Both the position numbers and the translations under genes were made by a program. A stretch of DNA of 64,000 nucleotides from Octopus sinensis (Eukaryota): positions 13,702,001 to 13,766,000 of the forward strand of contig NC_043022.1 of assembly GCF_006345805.1 (NCBI RefSeq). The letters are read 5' to 3'. Positions within the stretch are counted from its first letter, which is position 1. Each line of letters begins with the position of its first letter. This document shows, one piece after another, positions 13,510 to 28,390 of the stretch. The notes beneath the pieces are model-generated. The model worked only from the letters and a program-made list of their open reading frames with translations. It did not search any database and was not told where the DNA came from.

Positions 13510-13720
13510 TCACACACACATGTGTATATATATATATGTATGTATATATATACTAAAGGTGGTTTATTTGAAATTTACGACTGAAAGGCAGAAGTTTAGC
13601 CGTCAGTAGATATACAAGTCATAAGATAAGTGGTTTCTCATGGATATGAGTTGTCATGACTCCTATTTCTAGCAATGCTGATGCTAAATATTACCCTCAG
13701 TCACTTTAGTGATGTATGTA

Positions 13721-13755
<35 letters not shown>

Positions 13756-14276
13756 TATCAGTAGCTCATGTATCTGTAAAAGAAGACCACTCTGAACGGC
13801 AATACCCCAACCTTTTCTGCCTTGAGGTACCCTTGTCAAGCCTTTCAGAAATCCATGGTACCCCTATTAGAAAATATTGTCCCCGGGTAATAACATCTGT
13901 GTCAGGAAACTGTCTCCTGGAATTGATGATAAAAATTTTTCTTTCTTTCCCCAATGTTGATATAATCAACATAAAATAGACAGCAACACAAAATATAAGA
14001 TGGCAATAATATTTATTGTTAAAATAGTATCCAAATGTATTTTTGAGTCCAAATGATGAATCATGGTACCACATACGTGTGTATATTTTGCGGCACCCCT
14101 TGGTTAATCTCAGCTGGTCATAGAATGACCATTGGTTTCACATATAGAAAGCACTTAGCATTATAGCCGTTGGTGTTTGATGAGTCACCTATAAAGCAGT
14201 TTATAAGTGCAAAACCAATGGTTGCTCTATGACTGACCATAACTTTTAACTTCCTAATATATATATGTATGTATAT

Positions 14277-14315
<39 letters not shown>

Positions 14316-14453
14316 AATTATTAGAGAGTTATCCACCATGTGGATAACTCTAGTGCTAAAAATAGCTCTGAAGCAACCACAGAAGATCTGTTTCCACTAG
14401 AATCAACATACATTAACGGAAGGAAAGTGAAATACAACGAATAAAATAGATTG

Positions 14454-14528
14454 ACTCTATACAATTGTTTCATTACTAATGTAATATGTAGTTTTACTTA
14501 CACTTACATCTATAAATCTTCGTAGAGT
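14454..14528 (-). ncRNA. Decayed hammerhead with long stem II (position 4 deleted)
   Basis: Minus strand reads ACTCTA-CGAAGA-[45-nt hairpin]-GAAA-CAATTG-TA-TAGAGT. Confidence 0.5.
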
Positions 14529-14855
14529 TTGTCAGAAATGCAATTAATTAGATCGATTTGAGCGTCAAAACACGAGCGGTCCAACCAATTACATTTTTAG
14601 TTATGTCTCAAATTCCGCGCCAAAAGCATGCCTAGACTCCATTGGAAACGTATGCCGCATCAAATAAAATATTAACTGCCGCATAGTTAAATTTATAAAA
14701 TTATAAATGAGGGTGAAAATTCGATATTAATTTAATAATACCATTAATTTAACACCAAGTGGCTTAGCACAAAAAACTACGGAGAAAATACAAATTTATA
14801 CATAAATTATTAGAGAGTTATCCACTATGTGGATAACTCTAGTGCTAAAAATATT

Positions 14856-14886
<31 letters not shown>

Positions 14887-15649
14887 GTACTGTGGCGATT
14901 TTTTTTCCTCTGTCTTCCCTTCTCTGGATCTTTCCTTCTCTTATGTTTCCGACAAAGAGCTCCGCTCGAAACGTTAAACCCTCCTTCTTTCCTTCTTTCC
15001 TGAGCGTCCAATAATACTATATTTGTTCCACGTCCTCGCGTTGTTGTGTTTTTTTGTACTTTCTTGTTTGGATTAACTATATATGTATATATAGTTCCAT
15101 TTGAAAAATCCACCAGAATGGATGAAAGCACTAATATATGATATAAGTTATATGATATATAAAAACATGTAATATACAAATAAATATCTATAAATATAAA
15201 AACATCTGAATTTCTGAGTACCTCATTTCTTCTAATATAAAATACCTGTACAGCATCTCCAAACTTTCTAATAACACTGTGCCCTTGCGATCCTGTTCTG
15301 TTCTGTTATCAATGTTGATAATGGCTGCAGTTTGAAAAATGAATAATAACACACAAAGATAAAGCGGTCATTGTGGATCCCCTCTTGACCCCCGGTTCTC
15401 AACTGGTACTTATTTATCAACTCTGAGAGGATGCAAAGCATCGTTGACCTCAGAACACAAAGGGGGACGAAATACCAGCAAGCATTGTGTTCGTAGGAAA
15501 TGGCAAATGTAGAAATGCATAAAGTTTGAGGATAAGTGGTAGAAGCAGTCGTAAAATACATTCTTTGAAACCATATTTGTCTGACATCAAACTCTGCTTT
15601 TCTTCCTCCACTCGTTTCCATCTTAAAATTTATTTACTCTCTGTATCTA

Positions 15650-16243
15650 TTCATATCATAAGCGGAAAGTGTAACTTCTCGAAAGAGCTGTGGGGTCACT
15701 CCGAAAAGCTCCATCTGCGACGATTTCATCTCAATCGAAGGAGAGGGGCTTTCTCCGTCCGGGTTGCAGATCCGTGGAATAAGCTGCCGGACAAGATGGT
15801 AAAGATGCCGACAACCGCTCGGTTCAAAGTCTCCCTTGACCACAAATGGCCTGAACTCTTTACATGAATACCACCCTGTACATAACTCCATGTCCCCCTA
15901 CATGGCCTTGCTTTTTGCTTTTTGAGCTAAAAAATTAACTTAACTTAACATGATGGTTCGACTTAAGAGCGTTGGCTGCGGGGTCACTCCGAAAAGTTCT
16001 ATCTGCGACGATTTCATCTCAATCGAAGGAGAGGGGCTTTCTCCGTCCGGGTTGCGGATCCGTGGAATAAGCTGCCGGACAAGATAGTGAAGATGCCGAC
16101 GACCGCTGTGTTCAAAGTCTCCCTTGACCTCAAGTGGCCTGAACTCTTTGCATGAACATCACCCTGTACATAACTCCATGTCCCCCTACATGGCCTTGCT
16201 TTTTGCTTTTTGAACTAAAAGATTAACTAACTAACTAACTAAC
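15650..16243 (+). mobile_element. Two tandem CR1-type LINE 3' ends
   Basis: GHSEKL...AFSVRVADPWNKLP...FKVSLD ORF2 C-terminus, each with a (TAAC)n-like tail. Confidence 0.85.
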
Positions 16244-16879
16244 ATGTCTATCTCTTCACATGTATCTCTCATTTTCTGTCTCTCTGTATTCCACTATTCC
16301 AGAGAGAGAGAGAGAGAGAGAGATGGAGGGGAGTGATGGTGATAATGGCTGCAGTCTGAAAACTGAATAACAACACACTTAAGATAAAGCGGTCATTGTG
16401 AACCCCCTTCATGAGTTGAACCCACCAATCAAAGTCTCCTGGTCTGAAAGCTGCAGGGCATAGGAGACAATGGAAGTAGTCATTTGATAGAAGGAAGCAA
16501 AAAAATAAAATGATCGCAGCTAGAAGCCCTTTTAATTATAACTTTGGTTGATCAGGATTAACTCGGGGCAAAACGGCAACAATGAAATCTTTAAACTTCT
16601 GAGAATCTAAATACGGAATTATCAACAACGACGACGACGATTGACTTAAAAAACACTGTTTCCCAAATAAAGAATCCCTTGTACACAACTCTCTGTGTGT
16701 GTGTGTGTGTGTTTATACATATACGTGAATATATATAAGTATGTATATATATATATATATAGGTAGCTAGATATACAACTATAATTGGGCACACTGTTTT
16801 TTAGATAAAGAATCTCTTATAATCGCATGCACACATACACACATACACATGTACAACTATATATATATGTGTATGTATG

Positions 16880-16910
<31 letters not shown>

Positions 16911-16942
16911 ATATATATGCACACACACACATATATATATAC

Positions 16943-17000
<58 letters not shown>

Positions 17001-20000
17001 CCATGTATATATGTATACACATAAAACTATAATTGAAAACACTACCTCTACTAAATAGTCCCTTATATTCACCAAAATATACTTAGCAACTCTAACGGAT
17101 ATCTACCGTTATGGCCTGACAGAATCAAACCCAGTGTCACTCTAATATAAATAAAGTTTGAAATTTTGGCCCAAGGCCACCAATTTCGGGGAGTGGGTAA
17201 GTTGATTACATCGACCCCCGGTTCTCAACTGGTATTTATTTATCAACTCTGAAAGGATGCAAAGCATCTTTGACCTCAGAATACAAAGGCGGATGAAATG
17301 CCACCAAGCATTTTGTCTGGGGTCCTAAGAATTCTGCCTTAATAACTGCCTAATAATCTTTTCTGTTATAGGCACAAGGCCTGAAATTCTTGGGGAAGGG
17401 GGACTAGTTGATTACATCGTCCCCAGTGTTTCACTGGTACTTAATTTATCGACTCCGAAAGGATGAAAGGCAAAGTCGACCTTGGCAGAATTTGAACTCA
17501 GAACACAAAAGCTAACGAAATGCTGCTAAGCATTTTGTCTGGCGTGCTAACGATTCTGCCAACTTGCCACCTTGATAACATAAATAATGTGAACTCTAGT
17601 TTTTCTGCTGCCCTCATCAAACTCTACCACTAGTCATCAACATCATCATCATCATCATCAACATGGTTTAACGTCCACTTTTCTCTGCTCTCATGGGTCA
17701 GGTGGAATTTGTGAAGGCTTGTTTACAATCATTATATGATGTCAAAGCAAGTAAACAATAACCCTCCCATATATATAGATATATAGGTGCTGGTGGCACG
17801 TAAAAGCACCCACCACACTCTCAGAGTGGTTGGCATTAGGAAGGGCATCCAGCTGTAGAAACTCTGCCAGATCAGATTGGAGCCTAGCGCAGCCATCTGG
17901 TTCGCCAGTCCTCAGTCAAATCGGCCAACCCATGCTAGCATGGAAAATAGACGTTAAACGATGATGATGATGATATACATAGTCACCCCACCCCACTATA
18001 TGAGGCACATGGATGTTGCACTCACAATCTGGCTATTGCAAGTTTGATTCCTGGAAGTGAATTGTGTTCTTGAGCAAAACGGCCTCATTTTACGTTGCAC
18101 CAGTCAACCCAGCTGTAAATGAGTAATCCTGCCATGGAATAGGCTTCCAATCAGGGGCAATGTTAGCCTGCTCACCTAGATAGTGTAAAAACGCCCGTGT
18201 AGTTTTGCGTAAAAGTGCCTGTTTGGATCTGCATAAAAGTGCTTGTGCAGTGCCACATAAAAGCACCCATCACACTCTGTAAAAGTGGTTGGTGTTAGGA
18301 AGGGCATCCAGCCATAGAAAACCATGCCAAATCAGACTGGAACCTGGTGCAGCTCCACAGTTTGCCAGCTCTGGTCAAACCATCCAACCCATGCCTGCAT
18401 GGACAACAGACATTAAATGATGATGATAACACACACACACTCTCGTGCTCTCACGAGTTCCTCTCAAGTGTTGGGCCTCACAGAGGCAATGACCAAGACC
18501 TTTGGCATTATGTTGTGCTTGAGAAGAAGACCCATCAAGCTGAGTAAAATTGCAGTCATTGTAGATACAGGTGTCGCGCAAATTGGCACCCATGCCGGTG
18601 GCACATAAAAGCACCCATTACACTCGCAGAGTGGCTGGTATTAGGAAGGGCATCCAGCTGTAGAAAACCATACCAAATTAGATGGGAGTCTGGTGCAGCC
18701 TTCCAGAGTGCCTATCCCAGTCAATGCATCCAACCCATGCCAGCATGGACAATGGATGTTAAATGATGATGATATATGTGTGTGTGTGTGTGTGTGTAAA
18801 TCAGGAACAGCATGCACATGGTCATCTTGATCTGACAGACATAACACCCAAGTCTCACTCACGTCACCCCTTATTGTCAGATGTATGTATATATATACGT
18901 ATGCATGTACAGTAGAAAACATTGGCCCCTGGGGCCACACAGTGGGACACAGCTTTGAATTCAGTCTGACTGCATGGCTCTTTGGGCAAGTGTTTTCTAC
19001 TACGACCCTGGGCCCACCAAACTCTTGTGAGGGGATTTAGTAAAGAAAGCAGGTTTCCATGTGTGTGTGTGTGTGTGTGTGTAAGTGAGTCGGTATTTCC
19101 TTTGTATTCACTGATTTGTGACCAATGATTTCCTGATGCTGGTGTTTGTTTGCAATTCGCCATGAAATGGTATCTGGGTTGTTTGTGTTGTTCGACTGGG
19201 TGGAGCGAGAGTTTATTTCCTTCTTTGGAGAAACAGGCAGAGCTGCTTGCATCAGGCCAAGAAGGGAATCTGGAGACAGGAAAGCTTTGCCCCCCCCCCA
19301 CCGCCCCCAATGTGCTTTCGTCTGAACCATGCAACCATGGAAAAGTAGATGTTAAGAGGAAAGTTGTGGTGGTGGGGGTTTCCCTGGTTTCTCTGGTGTG
19401 TATATTCCATCCTGAACGGCAGTGAGCTGGCAGAAACGTTAGCATGTTGGGCGAAATGCTTAGCGGTATTTTGTCTGCCGCTACGTTCTGAGTTCAAATT
19501 CCGCCGAGGTCGACTTTGCCTTTCGTCCTTTTGGGTCGATAAATTAAGTACCAGTTACGCACTGGGGTCGATATAATCGACTTAATCCGTTTGTCTGTCC
19601 TTGTTTGTCCCCTCTATGTTTAGCCCCTTGTGGGCAGTAAAGAAATATGTATTGGTGGTGGTGGTGGTGGTGTGTATGTGTGTGCTGGCCAAAACAACAC
19701 AATGTCTCATGTATGAATAAAAAAGGGACGTTGAGGACAGAAAGGTGTTTAACCATAGGTCGACCAGATCAGGACTGTCTTGGGTGGTGGTGGTGGTGGT
19801 GGGGGCAAATAACAACAACATCAATAACAACAAAAACAAACAAAAACAATGAAATCAATAAAATTATGAGGGCAACATTGCAGTTACACCTAACAGAAAT
19901 AGCAGCTAATTCACCTTCAAATCACAGCCTTGACGGCTGCCTCCATATGATATATCAACATGTCAGTCAGAAATAGTAGTCGAATTTTCCTCAAAGATCA

Positions 20001-20544
20001 TTCAACTGTTTTATGTATGTTTGTACTCTTCACTTGTTTCACTCATTTGACTGCGGCCATGCTGGAGCACCGCCTTTAATCAAGAAAATCGACCCCGGGA
20101 CTTATTTTTTTGTAAGCCCAGTACTTATTCTATCGGTCTCTTTTTCCGAACCGCTAAGTGACAGGGACGTAAACACACCAGCGTCGGTTGTCAAGCAATG
20201 CTAGGGGGACAAACACATACACGCATATATATATATACATATATACGATGCGCTTCTTTCAGTTTCCGTCTACCAAATCCACTCACAAGGCATTGGTCGG
20301 CCCAAGGCTATAGCAGAAGACACTTGCCAAGATGCCACACAGTGGGACTGAACCCAGAACCATGCGGTTGGTAAACAAGCTACTTACCACACAGCCACTC
20401 CTGCACCTGGCATGAACCAACAAATAATAATAATAATAATGCCAATGATGATGACTATTTGAAATTTTGACACAAGGCCAGCAATTTTAGGGAAGGGACC
20501 AGTCGATTACATTGACCCAGGTGTTTCACTGGGACTTATGAAGA

Positions 20545-20940
20545 AAGGCTGAAGACGCTCGACCTTTATTCTCTAGAAAAACGACGACGCCGTGGTGATC
20601 TCATTCTTGCTCACAACATCATAAGCGGAAAGTGTAACCTCTCGAAAGAGCTGTTCTTCACTCCTGCTCCAGAGCGTCGGCAGCGGGGTCACTCCGAAAA
20701 GCTCTATCTGTGACGATTTCATCTCCATCGAAGGAGAGGAGCTTTCTCCGTCCGGGTTGCGGATCCGTGGAATAAGCTGCCAGACGAGATAGTGAAGATG
20801 CCGACAACCGCTCGGTTCAAAGTCTCCCTTGACCACAAGTGGCCTGAACTCTTTGCATGAACACCCTCCCTGTACATAACTCCATGTCCCCCTACATGGC
20901 CTTGCTTTTTGCTTTTTGAGCCAAATTAACTTAACTTAAT
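20545..20940 (+). mobile_element. CR1-type LINE 3' end inserted into a SINE
   Basis: Same family as 15650-16243. It interrupts a minus-strand SINE. Confidence 0.85.
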
Positions 20941-21624
20941 TTATTGATGAAAGGCAAAGTCCATTTGGTGGAATTTGAACTCAGAACGTAAAGATGGACA
21001 CAATGCTACTTAGCAATTTGTCCTGTGTTGCTAACAATTCTACCAGTTCTCTGCCATAATAACAACAACAACAATAATAATAATAATAATAATAATAATG
21101 AAGTCATGAGTTTCTTTAAATTTATACAATAAAACAATGATTTCCTTTATATAAAAAGGAGGTTTAACCAGCTTTTTCTCATCAGCCTTACTCTCTCTCT
21201 CTCTCTCTCTCTTTCTTTTACCTCTTTCTTTCTTTCTTTCCCAATGTTGCATCTGCTTTAGATTAGAGGGGAGGGGCGAAGTGTTTGTGTACAAAAAGAA
21301 GTATGTTAGACCGGTGGTGGTGGTGGTGGTGGTGGTGGTGGTGGTGCACGGTGTATGGGATAGAGAAAGGTTTGTTGGGGTGGTGGTGGTGGTGGGGGGT
21401 CGGTGGTGGATGCGATGGGGGTGGGGGTGAGTGAGGTAGGGGGGGGGGGTGTCGAAATTAAAAAAAGAAAATGGCTTTGTTAATAAAGTCCCATTTACAA
21501 AACTGTTTAAATACTGGTTTCTTGTGCTCTTGCTGCTGATGTGCTTGTTGCTGGTGTTGTTGTTGTTGTTGTTTTGGTGGTGGTGCTGGTGTTGCTATCC
21601 CACTTTTTATCTTCTCTCTCTCTC

Positions 21625-21682
<58 letters not shown>

Positions 21683-22522
21683 CATATCTTCTTAACATTT
21701 TGGTCTTCCCCCCACATTTGGTTTCCTATGTATGTCTGTCTGTGTGTTGGTGTCCTTGTTTCTCGTTTTTCTCTCTTTCTCTTTCGCCCCCTCTCTCTCT
21801 CTTCTCTTTTCCTCTCTCTTTCTTTCTCTTTTCTCTCTCTCTCTCTCGTTCTTTCTATTGCTCTGTCTGTCTCTGTTGTCTACATTCACTTTCTTCTTCT
21901 TTTCTTTCCCCTCCCCTCCCTCCCTCTCCCTCTCTCTTTTCCTCTCCCTTTCCCTCTCTCCCTCACACTCTTTATCAAACTTACTCAATGGCCAGATTCA
22001 TTTCTCTTCACCATTTTCCCTCTCACAATTAACCTACATATATGACAGCATGCGCTCACACACGCACACACGCACACACACACCACACACACACACACAC
22101 ACACACGCACATACACACACACACACGCACACACACACACACACACGCACATACACACACACACGCACATACACACACACATGCACACACACTACTACAC
22201 ACACATACACTACTGTAGACATACACACACATTACTGTACACACATGCATACATACACTATAGCATACACAGAAGCCTACAGACACACATAACCCTACAC
22301 ATGGAACATTGCACACACACACACACACGCACACACACACACACTCCATTACTTACATACACTACAGTGCATGCACATGCGCATCCACACACACTACTAC
22401 TACACATACACACACACTACTGTACACACATGCATACATACACTATAGCATACACAGAAGCCTACAGACACACATAACCCTACATATGGAACAGTGCATG
22501 CACACACACACACACACAAACA

Positions 22523-22568
<46 letters not shown>

Positions 22569-22879
22569 CAGTGCACATGCTTGCATGCATGCACAGATAC
22601 GACACAACACACCCATTATTTCGTGAATCCCATTCCATTTATGCAGTTTGTGCACTTTTAAAAAACACATCTGACCACAAAACATTCACTCACGGCAGGG
22701 ACATGCCCTCTGGGGTAGGCAAAGTAGGTGATGCTTACCTAGATTAAAACCTGCTAATGTTAATTACTAAGTGTAATGAATAAAAGATTTCCACTCCATT
22801 GTGAACGTGACATCCGGTTAAATTTAATTCATAAGTCAGGGGGAAGAAAAAACAAATCATTGCAGACAGAGGCAAATGT

Positions 22880-22979
22880 NNNNNNNNNNNNNNNNNNNNN
22901 NNNNNNNNNNNNNNNNNNNNNNNNNNNNNNNNNNNNNNNNNNNNNNNNNNNNNNNNNNNNNNNNNNNNNNNNNNNNNNN
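22880..22979. other. Assembly gap (100 N)
   Basis: Run of n. Confidence 1.
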
Positions 22980-25295
22980 TCCGTTTCTCTGTCCTTGTTT
23001 GTCCTCTCTGTGTTTAGCCCCCTTGTGGGGTAAGAAATAGGTAATCTGGTCCCATGAGGATGACTGGATGTTCGCTTGAGCCAACTGAACAAACATGAAA
23101 ACAACATTGCCTTTTGTCCTTTTGGAGTTGTTAGAATAAGTACCAGTTGACTACTGGGGGTCAATGTAATCAACAAACGCTTGCCCGAGGTGTCACACAG
23201 TGGGACTGAACCTGACACCATGAAATTTCAAAGCAAGTCTCTTAACTACACAACCATCCGTGCCCCTATCTCCATAGATATTTTTCCTTAATTTTTCTCC
23301 CGGGTTAACTTACTCTTGCACCCACCCCCAATAACCTTGATAAACATGTAGTCCCCTTTCCAGCTGTTTCCCTTGTATATCTTTGCATAACTCACCAAGA
23401 AAATTCCTCCAGATTTCTTCCACATTTTCTTTTAATCTATTTATAATTAAAAAGTTTGCTGTATTTTATTCCAAAGTGGGTCAGTCTTAATTTTCTTAGA
23501 GAATCAGCAGATGTTTTTCAACTGAAAAGATTGCTTCTTTAGGAATGCAGTCGAGCAACTTTTATTTCGTGTTTTTGAAGGGGTTTAGCAACTCGGAGCA
23601 GGTCTGCGGTGAGGGGCGGTTAGTTGTTGTGCAGTGCTTTTATGCATAGGAAAAAGCATAATGTGCAAGATGGGTGTATGTGGCTAATGGCATGTTGATG
23701 ACGCCATTGCTTTGCCCTGCAACAATCCCCTGGTCAAGCAGGTATAAAATCACACACACTCCAACCATGACTCTCTTGCTTTTCAGTTTAAGAATTTGAT
23801 CCTCTCTAAGGACTATTTGGTGACTGTCTATTCAACATTTGCACTATCTTTTTCTCCCCCACCCCTATCATCATTATCATCATCATCGTTTAGCATCCGC
23901 TTTCCATGCTAGCATGGGTTGGATGGTTCAACTAGGGTCTGGGAAGCCAGAAGGCTGTACCAGGCCCAGTCTGATCTGGCAGTGTTTCTACGGTTGGATG
24001 CCCTTCCTGATGCCAACCACTCCGTGAGTGTAGTGGGTGCTTTTTATGTGCCACTGGCACAGATGCCAGAGAAGGCTGGCAAACGGCCACGATCTGATGG
24101 TGCTTTTTACGTGCCACCAGCACGGAGGCCAGTCAGGGCGGCGCTGGCAACGGCCACATTCGGATGGTTCTCTTACGTGCCATCGGCACTGGTATCATAG
24201 TTACAATTTCCATTGATGTTGATCGATTTTGATTTTGATTTTGATTATTATTATTATTTTTATTTTATTATTGTATTTATGTTCGTGTAACATCGTCTGT
24301 TTTTTCCGTCCTTGTTTCGTATACCTTCGATGCTTTTTTCCAAGGAATCTAATACTCTTGGCTTAGTTTTTCCTTGGGGATGGCCAGATTGGAGCAATCT
24401 CAAGATTAATCAGCCGAAATTGCGAGGATGATCCAGTTCTTGACTGAGGATAAAAGGCTTCGAATGACCCATCCTTGCTTTTTTGCATCGTCTATCTGGA
24501 TGTTTTGTCCCATTTTGTATTTTATTTTATATATATATATATATATAGCGTCGAACATACACTTTGTTCTCTTATATATATATATATATAGGTGTAGGAG
24601 TGGCTGTGTGGTAAGTAGCTTGCTTACCAACCACATGGTTCCGGGTTCAGTCCCAATGCGTGGCACCTTGGGCAAGTGTCTTCTACTATAGCCTCGGGCC
24701 GACCAAAACCGTGTGAGTGGATTTGGTAGACAGAAACTGAAAGAAGCCCATCGTATATATGTATATATATATATGTGTGTGTGTATGTATATACATTTGT
24801 GTGTCTGTGTTTATCTCCCAAACCGATGCTGGTGTGTTTATGTCGCTGTAACTTAGTGGTTTGGCAAAAGAGACCGATAGAATAAGTACTAGGCTTACAA
24901 AGAATAAGTCCTGGGGGTCAATTTGCTCGACTAAAGGCGGTGCTCCAGCATGGCCACAGTCAAATGACTGAAACAAGTAAAAGAGTTTAAGAAAGAGAGT
25001 ATATATAGAGGGTTGGCCAAAAGTCACCTGGTAGTAAATCAAAACCATTTAATTCCAATATATATTTATGTTTAACAACTAAATGAATTTTATGAAAGAA
25101 TCTAAATATGAAAGATCATGAAAATTCTTCTAACTGAAGTCCTTCTTGAGCGACACATTTTTCCAAATTTTAACCCCCCAAATTTAAGGGGTTCCTTATA
25201 CACATTAAAATACAGTAATTCTCACTATTTTTTTTCCTTCTTTCTTCAAATTTTCTTCCATTTCTCACCGAGTGTTTTCCATACACCTAGGGCAG

Positions 25296-25596
25296 ATTAT
25301 TATTATTATTATTATTTTATTTATTATTATTATTATTTTAATTATTATTATTATTATTTTAATTATTATTATTATTATTATTATTGTTAGTATTATTATT
25401 ATTATTTTAATTATTATTATTATTGTTGTTATTATTATTATTATTATTTTAATTATTATTATTATTATTATTTTAATTATTATTATTATTATTATTATTG
25501 TTATTGTTATTATTGTTATTATTATTATTATTTTAATTATTATTATTATTATTATTTTAATTATTATTATTATTATTTTAATTATTATTATTATTA

Positions 25597-25627
<31 letters not shown>

Positions 25628-25640
25628 GATTATTATTATA

Positions 25641-25684
<44 letters not shown>
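25296..25684. repeat. (ATT)n microsatellite
   Basis: About 390 bp of ATT repeats. Confidence 0.95.
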
Positions 25685-25685
<1 letters not shown>

Positions 25686-26019
25686 ACACAGAATAAAAGC
25701 TATGGAAAAAATCCACTGTGGCTTGTGCATCTGGTATATGAGATCACTGCTCTGACTTTTCTTATCTCGTAATATCTCGCCGCACCTTCTTCTGAGATCA
25801 TCCTTGTTTTAAATTTCAATGACACAACTTGCCCTCCTTGGCCAGCGGCAATCCATCCACGCCAGCACAGCTGATGCGGAGACCCACTTATTTATTTTCC
25901 TTTCCTTTCTTCTTTCCGCTCTCCTAAGCATCCTACAACAGTCAGTACGCACGCTTTAGTACTTTTGTTGTTATTAGTCATTTCGCAAAGGTGACTTCAG
26001 CACGGCTAAGTTGCAAACG

Positions 26020-26085
26020 GTTGTCATGGAAACAAAGTGTGAGCTAAGAGCAGAATAGGTAAACAGCGAGAGTAACCGTGGCAAC
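26020..26085. promoter_or_regulatory. Pair of RFX X-box motifs (GTTGTCATGGAAAC 26020-33; GTAACCGTGGCAAC 26072-85)
   Basis: The first matches RTHNYYWTRRNRAC and the second matches GTNRCC(N2)RGYAAC. They lie in a non-repetitive island ~5 kb upstream of the ARF-like ATG. Confidence 0.6.
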
Positions 26086-27309
26086 CAGATCGCTTTTCTT
26101 TTCATGTTTGCTGTTCTTATAACTTCCCACTTCTGGCACAAAATCTCGGTGCCTCTCTTCTTATCCATTTTGCATGCTTGATTGATTAATTAGTCGACCA
26201 TTGAAGTGTGTCAATCTAACGAGAGTAATGAGTTCATATTTACTTTGTGAGTTTTCATCAAAGGCTTCTGAGTAAGCAAAACACTATAGCTATATACACA
26301 TGCATCCTTGTATATATATGTATATATATATATATATGATAATAATATGAGGGAATATTATTCCAAACTTACAGGGAAAAAATTCAATTTAGAAATACTA
26401 AAGCAAATTTCACAAAATATAATATATATAAATTAGGAAAAAAAACACCTTTTATCAATTCAGTAATTAAAAAATTAAATTATACCATTCAGAAAAATTA
26501 CATCTTATAGAAAGATTAAATATACGATAAAACATATAACGATGATTAAGTAATGTGCAAAATAATAAATAATTATATATATATATATATACCAAATATA
26601 CATGGTTCCTGGTTCAGTCCCACTGCGTGGCATCTTGGGCAAGTGTCTTCTGCTATAGCCCCGGGCCGACCAAAGCCTTGTGAGTAGATTTGGTAGATGG
26701 AAACTGAAAGAAGCCTGTCGTATATATGTATATATATATATATGTGTGTGTGTTTGTCCCCCTAGCATTGCTTGACAGCCGATGCTGGTGTGTTTACGTC
26801 CCCGTCACTTAGCGGTTCGGCAAAAGTCAGCGATAGAATAAGTACTAGGCTTACAAAGAATAAGTCCCGGGGTCGATTTGCTCGACTAAAGGCGGTGCTC
26901 CAGCATGGCCGCAGTCAAATGACTGAAACAAGTAAAAGAGTAAAAGAGTAATATATAAACATATATATATATACCAAATATATACGTTTTATTTATTATT
27001 TTGCATATTACTTAATCATCGTTATGTTTTATCTTATATTTAATCTTTATACAATATGTAATTTTCTAGATTGAATTGATAAAAGGTGTTTTTTTTCTAA
27101 TTTATATCTATATATTTGTATATATATATAATATGATATGATCAAACAAACTCCAAGAAGCTAGCGTTGGGGACTGTTTTTCTAATGTACTTAAGCCTCG
27201 GCTCTTGAGTCAGACTGTGACTTATGCTGATTATTAATTAAAAATTAAATATATACTCATCATGTGTTGAGTTCTATCTTTCCTGTTTGTGCCACCAAAT
27301 CTATACATA

Positions 27310-27343
<34 letters not shown>

Positions 27344-27976
27344 CACTTTACTCTTTTACTTGTTTCAGTCATTTGACTGATGCCATACTGGAGCACCACC
27401 TTTAATCGAGCAACTCGACCCCAGGACTTATTCTTTGTAAGCCCAGTACTTATTCTATCGGTCTCTTTTGCCAAACCGCTAAGTGACGGGGACATAAACA
27501 CACCAGCATCGGTTGTCAAGCAATGCTAGGAGGACAAACACAGACACAGAAACACACGCACATATATATATATATATATATACATATATACGATGGGCTT
27601 CTTTCAGTTTCCGTCTACCAAATCCACTCACAAGGCTTTGGTTGGCCTGAGGCTATAGTAGAAGACACTTGCCCAAGGTGCCACGCAGTGGGACTGAACC
27701 CAGAACCATGTGGTTGGTAAGCAAGCTACTTACCACACAGCCACTCCTGCGCCTATATATAATAGAAATATGTTACAAAAAGAAAGTAGAGATCATCATC
27801 CACACATGGAAATGTAAGGGGAAATTAAGAAGAAAAATAAGCGAAAATTCACATTGGAAATCAAAAAGAGTAAAGGCTTTTTATGAAAGGTAACGATAGA
27901 TATATATACAATCAGAAGAACTGAGGTAGGAATAAAAGTAATAAAATTCATTATTGTGAATTGTTAAAGAGATTCA

Positions 27977-28015
27977 AAAGCATACCGGTTTCGTGAATTT
28001 ACTAATCATTACTTT
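27977..28015 (-). ncRNA. Hammerhead variant with A3-U8 core (different stems from 12231)
   Basis: Minus strand reads AAAGTA-ATGATTA-GTAAATTCAC-GAAA-CCGG-TA-TGCTTT. Confidence 0.65.
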
Positions 28016-28340
28016 GATATATATATATATAAATATATATATTTGATTCAAAATGTGACTGCGTGTGTACCGTTGGCGATTTTTTTTTCCTCTGTCTTCC
28101 CTTCTCTGGATCTTTCCTTCTCCTATGCTTCCGACAAAGAGCTCCACTCGAAACGTTAAACTCTCCTTCTTTCCTGAGCATCCAATAATACTATATTTGT
28201 TCCACGTCCTCGCGTTGTTGTGTTCTTTTGTGCTTTCTTGTTTGGATTAACTATATATATATATATATTTTCATTCCTCCACTTCACTGTCTGTTTCATA
28301 TCTTATCTAGAATAAGTATTGCTTAACCATTTTCTCACAC

Positions 28341-28390
28341 TGTCTCTGATGAAGGGATATATAAAATATCCCAGAAACAGCTGTAAGACA
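28341..28390 (+). ncRNA. Type I hammerhead ribozyme motif, canonical C3-G8 core
   Basis: TGTCT-CTGATGA-a-GGGATAT(ataaa)ATATCCC-a-GAAA-CAGCTG-TA-AGACA. Stem I 5 bp, stem II 7 bp, palindromic stem III, GUA cleavage triplet. Confidence 0.8.

Larger units (their letters stand above)
11944..13520. repeat. Tandem duplication, ~760-790-bp period
   Basis: Duplicated ORFs 12113/13037 and 11953/12561. An inverted diverged copy of the first 145 bp lies at ~15092-15237. Confidence 0.9.

Noticed and set aside
13766-14260. 102-aa minus-strand ORF with LYVKP and PWISERLD motifs nearby
   Set aside because: Probably decayed retroelement coding sequence, but too degenerate to assign.
21449-22045. Hydrophobic 198-aa ORF and a poly-Q ORF on the opposite strand
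   Set aside because: Built from (TTG)n and (CT)n tracts, with no recognisable domain or splice structure.
25272-25772. Poly-Ile 166-aa ORF
   Set aside because: It is an (ATT)n microsatellite.
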